From NCBI GenBank assembly GCA_002269645.1, contig NIVC01000731.1:62001-126000 (forward strand): a stretch of DNA of 64,000 nucleotides. The letters run 5' to 3'. Position numbers and translations under genes: made by a program. This document shows positions 24,981 to 36,745 of this stretch, one piece after another. The stretch comes from Macrostomum lignano (Eukaryota). The notes under the pieces are model-generated. The model was given only the letters and a program-made list of their open reading frames with translations, had not been told where the DNA came from and did not search any database. Every line of letters starts with the position of its first letter. The stretch's first letter is position 1.

Positions 24981-27900
24981 GGACAGCAGGCAGCTCAAAT
25001 CCCCCCCAAAACAGCGGTGTTCCGCCCAGCAGCTCAGGCCGGACAATGCCAGGCCTCAGAGTACACACAGGTGCAGCACAGACCCCCCGCTGATTCAGCC
25101 CGGACTGGGACAAGGTTGACGCCTGCAGGGAGGGGGGGACACGGGGAGAACTCAGCCGCAGCCAGAAACAATGCTTGGCTTTCTACCTTCCCCTAGTAGC
25201 AACTCAGCTCCCAGCGCCCTGGCAACAGCCAAGTGTCCGGCCCAGGCGACGGAAGCCGCTCAGCCAGTTAGAATTTCCAGTCAGGAAATGCACCTGGCTG
25301 GGAGCGCCACTGGCCGTGTGAAAGTTTGGGTCGCATGAAGGATTTGCAAAAAATGTTTCAATCTCTCAGGGCTGGCTGGAAACTCTCTAGAGGCTTTTTT
25401 AACTGACACTGCTGTCTGAGACACGGCCGCTGTTGTTCAGTGAGCTCCAACCCAGTCTGTGAGCCACTCTTCCATACAATGCACCTCTCTCATCTCCCGT
25501 CTCTCCCCCTCTTATCTACCGTTTCTTCCCCTCTCATCTACCATTTCTCCCCCTCTCATCTACCATTTCTCCCCCTCTCATCTACCATTTCTCCCCCTCT
25601 CATCTACCATTTCTCCCCCTCTCACCTACCATTTCTCCCCCTCTCATCTACCATTTCTCCCCCTCTTATCTCCCATTTCTCCCCCTCTCATCTCCCATCT
25701 CCCCCCTCTCATCTCCCATCTCTCCCCCTCTCCTCTCCCGTTTCTCCCCTCTCATCTACCATTTCTCCCCCTCTTATTTCCCATCTCCCCCCTCTCATCT
25801 CCCATCCCTCCCCCTCTCCTCTCCTGTTTCTCCCCCTCTCATCTACCATTTCTCCCCCTCTCATCTACCATTTCTCCCCCTCTTATCTCCCATTTCTCCC
25901 CCTCTCATCTCCCATCTCCCCCCTCTCATCTCCCATCTCTCCCCCTCTCATCTCCCGTTTCTCCCCCTCTCATCTACCATTTCTCCCCCTCTTATCTCCC
26001 ATCTCCCCCCTCTCATCTCCCATCCCTCCCCCTCTCCTCTCCTGTTTCTCCCCCTCTCATCTACCATTTCTCCCCCTCTCATCTACCATTTCTCCCCCTC
26101 TCATCTACCATTTCTCCCCCTCTTATCTCCCATCTCCCCCCTCTTATCTCCCATCTCCCCCTCTCATCTCCCATCTCTCCCCCTCTCCTCTCCCGTTTCT
26201 CCTCCTCTCATCTACCATTTCTCCCCCTCTCATCTACCATTTCTCCCCCTCTTATCTCCCATTTCTCCCCCTCTCCTCTACCATTTCTCCCCCTCTCCTC
26301 TCCCGTTTCTCCCCCTCTCATCTACCATTTCTCCCCCTCTTATCTCCCATCTCCCCCCTCTCATCTCCCATCTCTCCCCCTCTCCTCTCCCGTTTCTCCC
26401 CCTCTTATCTCCCATTTCTCCCCCTCTCATCTCCCATCTCTCCCCCTCTCATCTCCCATCTCTCCTCTCTCATCTCCCACCTATCTCCTCTCATCTCCCA
26501 TCTTTTCTCTCTCATCCCTATCTCTTTTCTTATCTCTCATCTCTCTTATTCCCATCTCCTATCTATCCCCTCTTATCTCATCCCTTTCCTCTCACCTCCC
26601 ATCGGCCACCCACCCGAGCCGGCAGAGTCCAGGTCAATATTAGAGTAGTAGGCCGCTGGCTCCTGCAGGATGCGGTCCACCTCCTCCCGCCTGTAGTTGC
26701 GGGAGGGCAGCGGGGGCGGCTGACCTCCCCCAGCGCCTCCGCTGCTGGCCGACTGCTCGGCCGGGGCAGCCGTGGCGGCCGCAGCTGCGGCATCGGAGGA
26801 GGCGGAGTCCGCGGTGTTGTTCAAGGAGCTCGGCAGCGTCTTGCAGATGCTGGCGTAGACATGCTGCTGCTGCTGCGGAGGCTCCACGGCGTGCCGCCGG
26901 CGGGCAACCGGCGTCGGCGTGGCTGTCGCCGGCTCGTCCTGACCGGCGCCGCTGTGCCGCCGGATAGCGGAGTAGAGCGGGTCGATCTCGCTGGTGAGGT
27001 CGCTGTCGATGGTGTACACCGAGGCGGCCGCGGGCAGCCGGGGCGAGGCGTTGGCTCGGGGAGCCGGCGCTGGTGCCGCCGTTGCTGCGGGCAGGGTATT
27101 CCGCGGGTTCCCGGGGGTCGCGGCGGCTGCGGCAGCCGAGGAGGCGGGGCGGCCGAAGCCGAGCCGGTGGGCGATGCCGGGCAGCGGGAAGTCCTGCAGG
27201 TGCCGCTTCAGCAGGCTGCGGCCCGTGGCGGCCTCCGGCGGCTGCGGCGGCGGCGGCGGCAGGGGCGGCTGCTGCTGGGGCACCGGTGGCAGCTCGCGGT
27301 CCGCCGGCTGGCTGCGGATGGACAACTGCGACTCCAGCCTGGCGGACGGGAAGGGGGCACATGAGAGTTGTGTGAGAGTTGTGTGAGAGTTGTGTGAGAG
27401 TTGTGTGAGAGTTGTGTGAGAGTTGTGTGAGAGTGGCGGTGAGAGTTGTGTGAGAGTTGTGTGAGAGTTGTGTGAGAGTTGTGAGAGAGTTGTGTGAGAG
27501 TTGTGTGAGAGTTGTGTGAGAGTTGTGTGAGAGTTGTGTGAGAGTGGCGGTGAGAGTTGTGTGAGAGTTGTGTGAGAGTGGCGGTGAGAGTTGTGTGAGA
27601 GTGGCGGTGAGAGTTGTGTGAGAGTGGCGGTGAGAGTTGTGTGAGAGTTGTGTGAGAGTTGTGTGAGAGTTGTGTGAGAGTTGTGTGAGAGTTGTGTGAG
27701 AGTTGTGTGAGAGTTGTGAGAGAGTTGTGTGAGAGTTGTGTGAGAGTTGTGTGAGAGTTGTGTGAGAGTTGTGTGAGAGTTGTGTGAGAGTTGTGAGAGA
27801 GTTGTGTGAGAGTTGTGAGAGAGTGGTGTGAGAGTTGTGAGAGAGTTGTGTGAGAGTGGCGGTGAGAGTTGTGTGAGAGTGGCGGTGAGAGTTGTGTGAG

Positions 27901-30900
27901 AGTTGTGTGAGAGTTGTGTGAGAGTGGCGGTGAGAGTTGTGTGAGAGTGGCGGTGAGAGTTGTGTGAGAGTTGTGTGAGAGTGGCGGTGAGAGTTGTGTG
28001 AGAGTGGCGGTGAGAGTTGTGTGAGAGTTGTGTGAGAGTGGCGGTGAGAGTTGTGTGAGAGCTGTGTGAGAGTGGCGGTGAGAGTTGTGTGAGAGCTGTG
28101 TGAGAGTGGCGGTGAGAGTTGTGTGAGAGTGGCGGTGAGAGTTTTGTGAGAGTTGTGTGAGAGTGGCGGTGAGGGTTGTGTGACAGTGGCGGTGAGAGTT
28201 GTGAGAGTTGTGTGAGAGTTGTGTGAGAGTTGCGTGAGAGTTGTGTGAGAGTTGTGTGAGAGTAGCGGTGAGAGTTGTGTGAGAGTTGCGTGAGAGTTGT
28301 GTGAGAGTTGTGTGAGAGTAGCGGTGAGAGTTGTGTGAGAGTTGTGTGAGAGTGGCGGTGAGAGTTGTGTGAGAGTGGCGGTGAGAGTTGTGTGAGAGTG
28401 GCGGTGAGAGTTGTGTGAGAGTGGCGGTGAGAGTTGTGTGAGAGTGGCGGTGAGAGTTGTGTGAGAATGGCGGTGAGAGTTGTGTGAGAATGGCGGTGAG
28501 AGTTGTGTGAGAGTTGCGTGAGAGTTGTGTGAGAGTTGTGTGAGAGTAGCGGTGAGAGTGGCGGTGAGAGTTGTGTGAGAGTGGCGGTGAGAGTTGTGTG
28601 AGAATGGCGGTGAGAGTTGTGTGAGAGTGGCGGTGAGAGTTGTGTGAGAGTGGCGGTGAGAGTTGTGTGAGAGTGGCGGTGAGAGTTGTGTGAGAGTTGT
28701 GTGAGAGTTGTGTGAGAGTGGCGGTGAGAGTTGTGTGAGAGTGGCGGTGAGAGTTGTGTGAGAGTTGTGTGAGAGTTGTGTGAGAGTGGCGGTGAGAGTT
28801 GTGTGAGAGTGGCGGTGAGAGTTGTGTGAGAGTTGTGTGAGAGTGGCGGTGAGAGTTGTGTGAGAGCTGTGTGAGAGTGGCGGTGAGAGTTGTGTGAGAG
28901 TGGCGGTGAGAGTTTTGTGAGAGTTGTGAGAGTGGCGGTGAGGGTTGTGTGACAGTGGCGGTGAGAGTTGTGAGAGTTGTGTGAGAGTTGTGTGAGAGTT
29001 GCGTGAGAGTTGTGTGAGAGTTGTGTGAGAGTAGCGGTGAGAGTTGTGTGAGAGTTGCGTGAGAGTTGTGTGAGAGTTGTGTGAGAGTGGCGGTGAGAGT
29101 TGTGTGAGAGTTGTGTGAGAGTGGCGGTGAGAGTTGTGTGAGAGCTGTGTGAGAGTGGCGGTGAGAGTTGTGTGAGAGTGGCGGTGAGAGTTTTGTGAGA
29201 GTTGTGAGAGTGGCGGTGAGGGTTGTGAGAGTTGTGTGAGAGTTGTGAGAGTGGCGGTGAGAGTTGTGAGAGTTGTGTGAGAGTTGTGTGAGAGTTGCGT
29301 GAGAGTTGTGTGAGAGTTGTGTGAGAGTAGCGGTGAGAGTTGTGTGAGAGTTGCGTGAGAGTTGTGTGAGAGTTGTGTGAGAGTAGCGGTGAGAGTGGCG
29401 GTGAGAGTTGTGTGAGAGTGGCGGTGAGAGTTGTGTGAGAGTGGCGGTGAGAGTTGTGTGAGAGTGGCGGTGAGAGTTGTGTGAGAGTGGCGGTGAGAGT
29501 TGTGTGAGAATGGCGGTGAGAGTTGTGTGAGAATGGCGGTGAGAGTTGTGTGAGAGTTGCGTGAGAGTTGTGTGAGAGTTGTGTGAGAGTAGCGGTGAGA
29601 GTGGCGGTGAGAGTTGTGTGAGAGTTGCGTGAGAGTTGTGTGAGAGTTGTGTGAGAGTGGCGGTGAGAGTTGTGTGAGAGTTGTGTGAGAGTGGCGGTGA
29701 GAGTTGTGTGAGAGCTGTGTGAGAGTGGCGGTGAGAGTTGTGTGAGAGTGGCGGTGAGAGTTTTGTGAGAGTTGTGAGAGTGGCGGTGAGGGTTGTGAGA
29801 GTTGTGTGAGAGTTGTGAGAGTGGCGGTGAGAGTTGTGAGAGTTGTGTGAGAGTTGTGTGAGAGTTGCGTGAGAGTTGTGTGAGAGTTGTGTGAGAGTAG
29901 CGGTGAGAGTTGTGTGAGAGTTGCGTGAGAGTTGTGTGAGAGTTGTGTGAGAGTAGCGGTGAGAGTGGCGGTGAGAGTTGTGTGAGAGTGGCGGTGAGAG
30001 TTGTGTGAGAGTGGCGGTGAGAGTTGTGTGAGAGTGGCGGTGAGAGTTGTGTGAGAGTGGCGGTGAGAGTTGTGTGAGAATGGCGGTGAGAGTTGTGTGA
30101 GAATGGCGGTGAGAGTTGTGTGAGAGTTGCGTGAGAGTTGTGTGAGAGTTGTGTGAGAGTAGCGGTGAGAGTGGCGGTGAGAGTTGTGTGAGAGTGGCGG
30201 TGAGAGTTGTGTGAGAATGGCGGTGAGAGTGGCGGTGAGAGTTTTGTGAGAGTTGTGAGAGTGGCGGTGAGAGTTGTGTGAGAGTGGCGGTGAGAGTTGT
30301 GTGAGAGTAGCGGTGAGAGTTGTGTGAGAGTGGCGGTGAGAGTTGTGTGAGAATGGCGGTGAGAGTTGTGTGAGAATGGCGGTGAGAGTTGTGTGAGAAT
30401 GGCGGTGAGAGTTGTGTGAGAGTTGCGTGAGAGTTGTGTGAGAGTTGTGTGAGAGTAGCGGTGAGAGTGGCGGTGAGAGTTGTGTGAGAGTGGCGGTGAG
30501 AGTTGTGTGAGAATGGCGGTGAGAGTGGCGGTGAGAGTTTTGTGAGAGTTGTGAGAGTGGCGGTGAGAGTTGTGTGAGAGTAGCGGTGAGAGTTGTGTGA
30601 GAGTGGCGGTGAGAGTTGTGTGAGAATGGCGGTGAGAGTTGTGTGAGAATGGCGGTGAGAGTTTTGTGAGAGTTGTGTGAGAGTTGTGTGAGAGTTGCGT
30701 GAGAGTTGTGTGAGAGTTGTGTGAGAGTAGCGGTGAGAGTTGTGTGAGAGTTGTGTGAGAGTGGCGGTGAGGGTTGTGTGACAGTGGCGGTGAGAGTTGT
30801 GAGAGTTGTGTGAGAGTTGTGTGAGAGTTGCGTGAGAGTTGTGTGAGAGTTGTGTGAGAGTAGCGGTGAGAGTTGTGTGAGAGTTGCGTGAGAGTTGTGT

Positions 30901-33260
30901 GAGAGTTGTGTGAGAGTAGCGGTGAGAGTTGTGTGAGAGTTGTGTGAGAGTAGCGGTGAGAGTGGCGGTGAGAGTTGTGTGAGAGTTGTGTGAGAGTAGC
31001 GGTGAGAGTGGCGGTGAGAGTTGTGTGAGAGTTGTGTGAGAGTAGCGGTGAGAGTGGCGGTGAGAGTTGTGTGAGAATGGCGGTGAGAGTTGTGTGAGAG
31101 TTGCGGTGAGAGTTGTGTGAGAGTGGCGGTGAGAGTTGTGTGAGAGTGGCGGTGAGAGTTGTGTGAGAGCCCGGCAACTGGGGATCTGGGACGGCGTTCA
31201 CCTTGGCCGCCGCTGAGCAGCCGTCGGCTTCTTTGTCGCTGAAGTTGCCGCCTGAGCTCCGGGCAGATCGGAGCGGCGCAGGCGGGCCAGGAAGCTCGCG
31301 CGGAGGCCGCTGAGCCGACGGCCGATGGCGGACTGGCGAGGGTCCTGACGGACGGCTGTCGTTGCTGCCGCCGCTGCTTCGCCTGCGGAAGGCGCTGCGG
31401 ACTCGTAGATGTCCGAGCCGGCCGCGTCCCGGCTGCGGGGGTGGCGGAGGGCGGATCTGATGAACTCAGAGGCGGATTTGATGAGCACAGAGGGCGGATT
31501 TGATGAGCACAGGGGGCGGATTTGATGAGCACAGGGGGCGGATTTGATGAGCACAGGGGGCGGATTTGATGAGCACAGGGGGCGGATTTGATGAGCACAG
31601 AGGGCGGATTTGATGAGCACAGGGGGCGGATTCGATTAACACAGGGGGCGGATTTGATGAACACAGGGGGCGGATTTGATGAGCACAGGGGGCGGATTCG
31701 ATTAACACAGGGGGCGGATTTGATGAACACAGGGGGCGGATTTGATGAACACAGGGGCGGATTTAATTAGTATGGATGCATCTTACTACAGGTGGGAATT
31801 TAATCAATACTCCAAAGGCAGCCCCAGGCGGAAGTGAAGCCAGAATACCAATTGAAACTCTAAGAATCAGCGTGGACTCGATTGCCTGGCAGCTTGCCAA
31901 GTCCGAACTCGCCGCGCTCCCGGATGTCCCCCTTCTTGCAGCCTCTGCTTCCCAGGACTTGGCGAGAATCTATAATTAATTCCTGCAAAAACGCCAGTCC
32001 AGCAGCAGGTGCGTTGCCTCAGCCAGGCAGGCGGGACCCCGGCTGCCCCTCCCACCAGGTCAGGTGCAAAAAGTTGCAGTCTAAAAGTTGCAAAAAGGGC
32101 AGCCCTCAAAGACTGGGTGCCCCCTGCCAGGCCAATCAAGCTGGGGGGGGGGTCTTATCTGCCAATCTGACAGCCGGCCATCCCGGATTCTGGAGGAACA
32201 CGGCAAACCCGCGGACTGCAGGCTGGCATCATTTATTCTAAGGGGATTCCTAAACCCCCCCCCCCCCCAACAGTTGGGAACACGCGCAACAGACAGACTG
32301 GGCAGGGCTTATCAATTGTTTGCAAAACAGAGGGTGCTGGAGAGGCATCCGTTCTGACTTTGCCGACCTCCCAGCCAGCACGGATGGTTGAATTCTACTT
32401 AGTTTTATGAATTCCAAGAGTGACTCTCAGCTGCAGTGAAGAGTGACTCTCAGCTGCAGTAAAGAGTGACTCTCAGCTGCAGTGAAGAGTGACTCTCAGC
32501 TGCAGTGAAGAGTGACTCTCAGCTGCAGTAAAGAGTGACTCTCAGCTGCAGTGAAGAGTGACTCTCAGCTGCAGTGAAGAGTGACTCTCAGCTGCAGTGA
32601 AGAGTGACTCTCAGCTGCAGTGAAGAGTGACTCTCAGCTGCAGTAAGAGTGATTCTCAGCTGCAGTGAAGAGTGACTCTCAGCTGCAGTGAAAAGTGACT
32701 CTCAGCTGCAGTGAAGAGTGACTCTCAGCTGCAGTAAAGAGTGACTCTCAGCTGCAGTGAAGAGTGACTCTCAGCTGCAGTGAAGAGTGACTCTCAGCTG
32801 CAGTGAAGAGTGACTCTCAGCTGCAGTAAAGAGTGATTCTCAGCTGCAGTGAAGAGTGACTCTCAGCTGCAGTGAAAAGTGACTCTCAGCTGCAGTAAGA
32901 GTGACTCTCAGCTGCAGTATAGAGTGATTCTCACCTGTAGTAGGAATGATTTTCGTGATTGCCGCCCGACCTCCGCCAGTCCGCAGGAGGCAGTTTGCCA
33001 TTCTTGGCAAGGCCGCTGCTGTTGTTGTTGCCACTGCTGGCACAGCTGCTGCGGCCACCGCCGCCCCCGTCGCCGCCGCCTCGCCCAGCCCCAACCTCAG
33101 CCTCGGGGTCGGGCGCCTTGACCCTGCCATGCAGGAGGCCTTTGAACCTGACGCACAGACAGAGTCCCGTCATGATTGATAGGCAGCTCAGGGTGCAGGC
33201 AAGCAGCAGGACCGAGACGGCGGACTGCAACTCCGGGCTGGCAGCGCCCGTGCTGTCCAT
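19415..33260 (-). CDS. Single-pass, Tyr-motif-rich, disordered transmembrane adaptor-like protein, ~800 aa. Exons 33260-32935, 31456-31202, 27338-26596 (or -26614), 21895-21530, 21469-21447, 21077-20837, 19869-19415
   Basis: All junctions are GT-AG and phase-consistent. N-terminal TM ends in CLC followed by basic residues. Tail motifs include IYESA, LYSAI, VYASI, YYSNI, EYQRV, LYEDL, SYSDL, GYDRL. Extra cassette or 5' exons are possible. Confidence 0.75.
19921..20055 (+). repeat. Five 26-bp tandem units, each containing a Pol III B-box-like GTTCGAGTC
   Basis: GGTGAGCCGCAGTTCGAGTCCCGTGG x5. Confidence 0.9.
23085..23670. repeat. CTCAGTCTCCCTGTCTACCCCAC-type minisatellite
   Basis: Tandem units. 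Confidence 0.95.
24255..24980. repeat. (GACA)n microsatellite with periodic CGGAAAGA interruptions
   Basis: Direct reading. Confidence 0.97.
25490..26590. repeat. ~22-bp pyrimidine-rich minisatellite (CCTCTCATCTACCATTTCTCCC / CCTCTCATCTCCC)
   Basis: Tandem units abutting the donor at 26595. Confidence 0.95.
27360..31170. repeat. 3.8-kb intronic satellite of interleaved GAGAGTTGTGT and GAGAGTGGCGGT units
   Basis: Direct reading. The 1542-aa and 1696-aa ORFs are largely its translation. Confidence 0.98.
31455..31765. repeat. 22-bp minisatellite (GATTTGATGAGCACAGGGGGCG)
   Basis: Tandem units abutting the acceptor at 31457. Confidence 0.95.
32410..32934. repeat. 23-bp minisatellite (GAGTGACTCTCAGCTGCAGTGAA)
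   Basis: Tandem units abutting the donor at 32934. Confidence 0.95.
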
Positions 33261-36200
33261 GAAGGGGGCGACTGAAGCTCAAATGGGGCTTACAGTTAGA
33301 GCTTTGAAGCAGTGAACTTCATTTCATTGTAGGTCTAGCAAGTTTTAACATGGTCTAAACATGTATATATCTATAAACATGCAGATATATATAAATATAT
33401 AGGAATATTAGGTTTACAACAATTTGGTATAGATTGATAGCTAACAATAAACCTAATCCTAACCTAAACCACCCTAGTTTAACATAAAATGTCAGCTATC
33501 TAAATAGTTAATAGTCAAATTGTGGCAATCATTTCTCTTGCTCCCCACACTCTCAAATCTGTTATATAGTTATGCCGAAAAAAGTGACCCCCTACACCAT
33601 AAATTCAAGTTTATACCAGAAAAAACAAATTTACTTATAATATATACACCAGACATTATCAGAAAGGCATTGCAATAATAAAGGACCTTTTTTGCATTGC
33701 AACAATATAGGACCTTCCTTTCTTGCATTATAATATTTTGGTCTTTTGTACACTAATAGCTATGCCATATGCTGGCTCTGTGGCACAATTTCCCATTGGA
33801 TTTTCTGCATGCTAGATATTTTATACCAACCAATTTTTATGTCTATTTTATGCTAGAAAATTCTATATATAAGATTCAAGAGTAGAGCTTGCTTCCAAAA
33901 TATTAGAATATTTATTTTTTCTCTAATTGATCACATATACCTATTTGCTAATAGACCATTTTTACTATATATGATAATATAGCTTAGTTATTATACTATA
34001 TTAAACTTTATTATCATTTTATTAGAAAGCTTTATTTTTCAAATTCTATTATATTAAAAAAATTGAAAATTGAGTTTATAAAAATAAAACCTTAGAAATT
34101 TGTTTGATCTATATAAAATGCTTTTTACACTTTTTAGAATATAATTATATATATATATGTTTTTTAAAACTGATTCTATTATTTTTATACATTAAATATT
34201 ACCCTTTAAAGATAAATTTATAAATCAATAACAGTTTCAAAAAAGTATATTACATTTAGCTATTGCATGTATTTTATAATGATCTTAATTTTTTTATTGA
34301 CATCAATCAATGTTCTAAAATTAAAATACTATATGACTTTAGAATAAACTAAGTACTAAAGCTGGTCAAAAGCAAAGCTACTTTTAGAACAAAAAAATCA
34401 AATACTTAATAGCCATAATAGCTTTAGACAAAGGAAAGATTATAATAAGGCAAGTTTAGTTCCTTCTATTATTAAAAAAGTATATATTATAGCATGGCAA
34501 TTACAAAGACAAATTAGTTTTAGTATAATTGAAAATTTTTAAAGACTATTTTTAAAACTTAACCAGATCGGAAAAAACCAAGAAAAAAGTAATCTGAATA
34601 AACCATTTTGATATTTTGCACAAGTCTCCTATAACATAACTACACCCAATTATAGGCCTATAAATAACAAAATGGTTATTTTTATGGTTAACACATAAGA
34701 CACTATCTGGGCCTAGGGTTTTAACTTAATCCTAGTATTTTTCTCCTTTATCTCCATTATACTACTAAAAGATAATTAATAAATAGACTTTACCTTATTA
34801 TTATCTATTATATATTTAGAGCTGCGGCCATCTTAGTATGTGGCTATCTCTGTCATGTGCTATTTGTTAAACTCATTGTATGTGCATTTTTTAGCTTTTT
34901 TAACTTTCCAAAAATGAAAATTAGCATTATGCCAACATTTTAAAAGTGTTTTTGCATTACAAATTATTAGTTTAAATTATAGGGCTAGGCAAACCTCTTG
35001 AGTAGGCCTAGCACAATTCATATTAGGGCTAGACTTTGTCTACCAGCCATTTTTTAATGGAAAGCACTTTATTCACATTATTAGCATCTTAGCAGCAAAA
35101 TATTTCTTATAGGCCTACCCCAAGCCTCTCTCCTTTAAGCCCTAGAGTTTGTAAGTAATCTTGGCCTTGGCCCATAGTCCGGAAGGTGGCTTTTATGCTG
35201 GAATTTTCTGGCATAATTTTGCACTCGCTAACAATCTTGGCGACGTTGGCGTACATTTGGTGTATAAAATATGCAGGTTCAACATGAAGTCTAAACAACT
35301 GGCATACAAGAAATAGAAAAGTTCAGGGCTGATGCAATTGTGTAGTTAAATATCAATCAACTAAAGCTCTTATTGAGCTTTAAATAATTAAATTAAATTA
35401 AATATCTTATTGCTTTATACATTTGTGTTCATGTTTTTATTTAAGTAAATCAAATAAAAAAGTTAAAATTTAAATTAAAAAAATATATATTCACAATCTA
35501 AATCATAACCAAAGGAAAAATTGTCCTCATGATAATTATCACATCCAACCTGTAGTTAAAATATGTAGCTCTTTAAACTAATTAGAAACTGAAACAGAAA
35601 ATATTGATGTTATTTATGAGTCAAGCATTAGTAAAACAGAGAATATCACTTTTTAGCAAAAAACCTGAAATATAAACAACTTTTAACTTGTACAAATGTT
35701 TTTTGAATTTTTAAATCTGTTTAAAATAATTAATATGATCATTCAATTATTCTGGTATGTGCCTGTCATGATCCAAGCTATGGTAGATATAGTGCTGATT
35801 TTTGTATACTCAATATTTAAGAGATAAACTTATTTGAAACAAAAAATGTGATTATCAACAAAGCAAAATGTAATTTTTAGGTTTCAAATTTCAGAAGTCC
35901 ATAAAATTAGCTTAAAACAAAAGTTAAGCTTCTAGTAAAATTATTCCTTATTTTCTGGTTAAGGTAAAAAGTTTGAATAGAAAATTCAAAGGTTTTTTCA
36001 CTGTGCAAAATAACTTGATCATTTATATGTTGATGTGTATTTATGGTGGCAAATATACTAGATATATACTATAAATATGTTATCTTTAGATATTCTTTTT
36101 GGGTTTATCTAAACTCTACCTAGGTTTAACCTAAAACTTGTAGCCAAATAAGCTCATAATAAATGACAATATTATATTTATTGGCATTGCAATTTATAAA

Positions 36201-36745
36201 ATAATTTTTGTTTTATTTGCTACCATTTAATCTGTAACAATTGTTTACTTTCTAGGAGTATAAGCAAAAAGTGATAGTAGCAAAAAAGCAAAATGACTTA
36301 AATTGAAATGTTTAAGATTTCTAGAGCATTTAGATATCAAGAATGGAGAGTTACAGATGATATGTGGCATGATTATTAATGAAAAATAGAAGCAAGGCAC
36401 TAGAAGGTCTGTGTGCACTGTGATCAGTTATGTGAAGGACTTGTAGTTGCTGATAGACATACACTTAAATAATGTGATTTAGTTGTATGAGTCAATACTC
36501 TGAGTGCAAACAAGCCAACCTGTGAGTTTAAGGCTGAAATAAAAATCTATCAAGTTCCCCTTTCTAATTTCCATGTGTCATTATATGCATTCATGTTATG
36601 AGCATTGCTATGCTCCTAGCAATGCTTTAGTGTCTCATTGTTTCATCAAATGCAATAATTCAAGTCTTTTCAATAACAATTTTACAATACTTTTATACTA
36701 CTAAAATTCATACCTTTTGGCAAATTATCGGTCCATTCTATTCAT

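Noticed and set aside
26573-31730. 1542-aa and 1696-aa ORFs
   Set aside because: They are mostly translations of a stop-free satellite. Only the flanking segment matching exon 27338-26596 is credible coding sequence.
35107-35298. Short minus-strand ORF in the AT-rich block as an upstream exon of the adaptor gene
   Set aside because: The donor phase in that frame does not match the phase-1 acceptor near 33275, and there is no recognisable motif.
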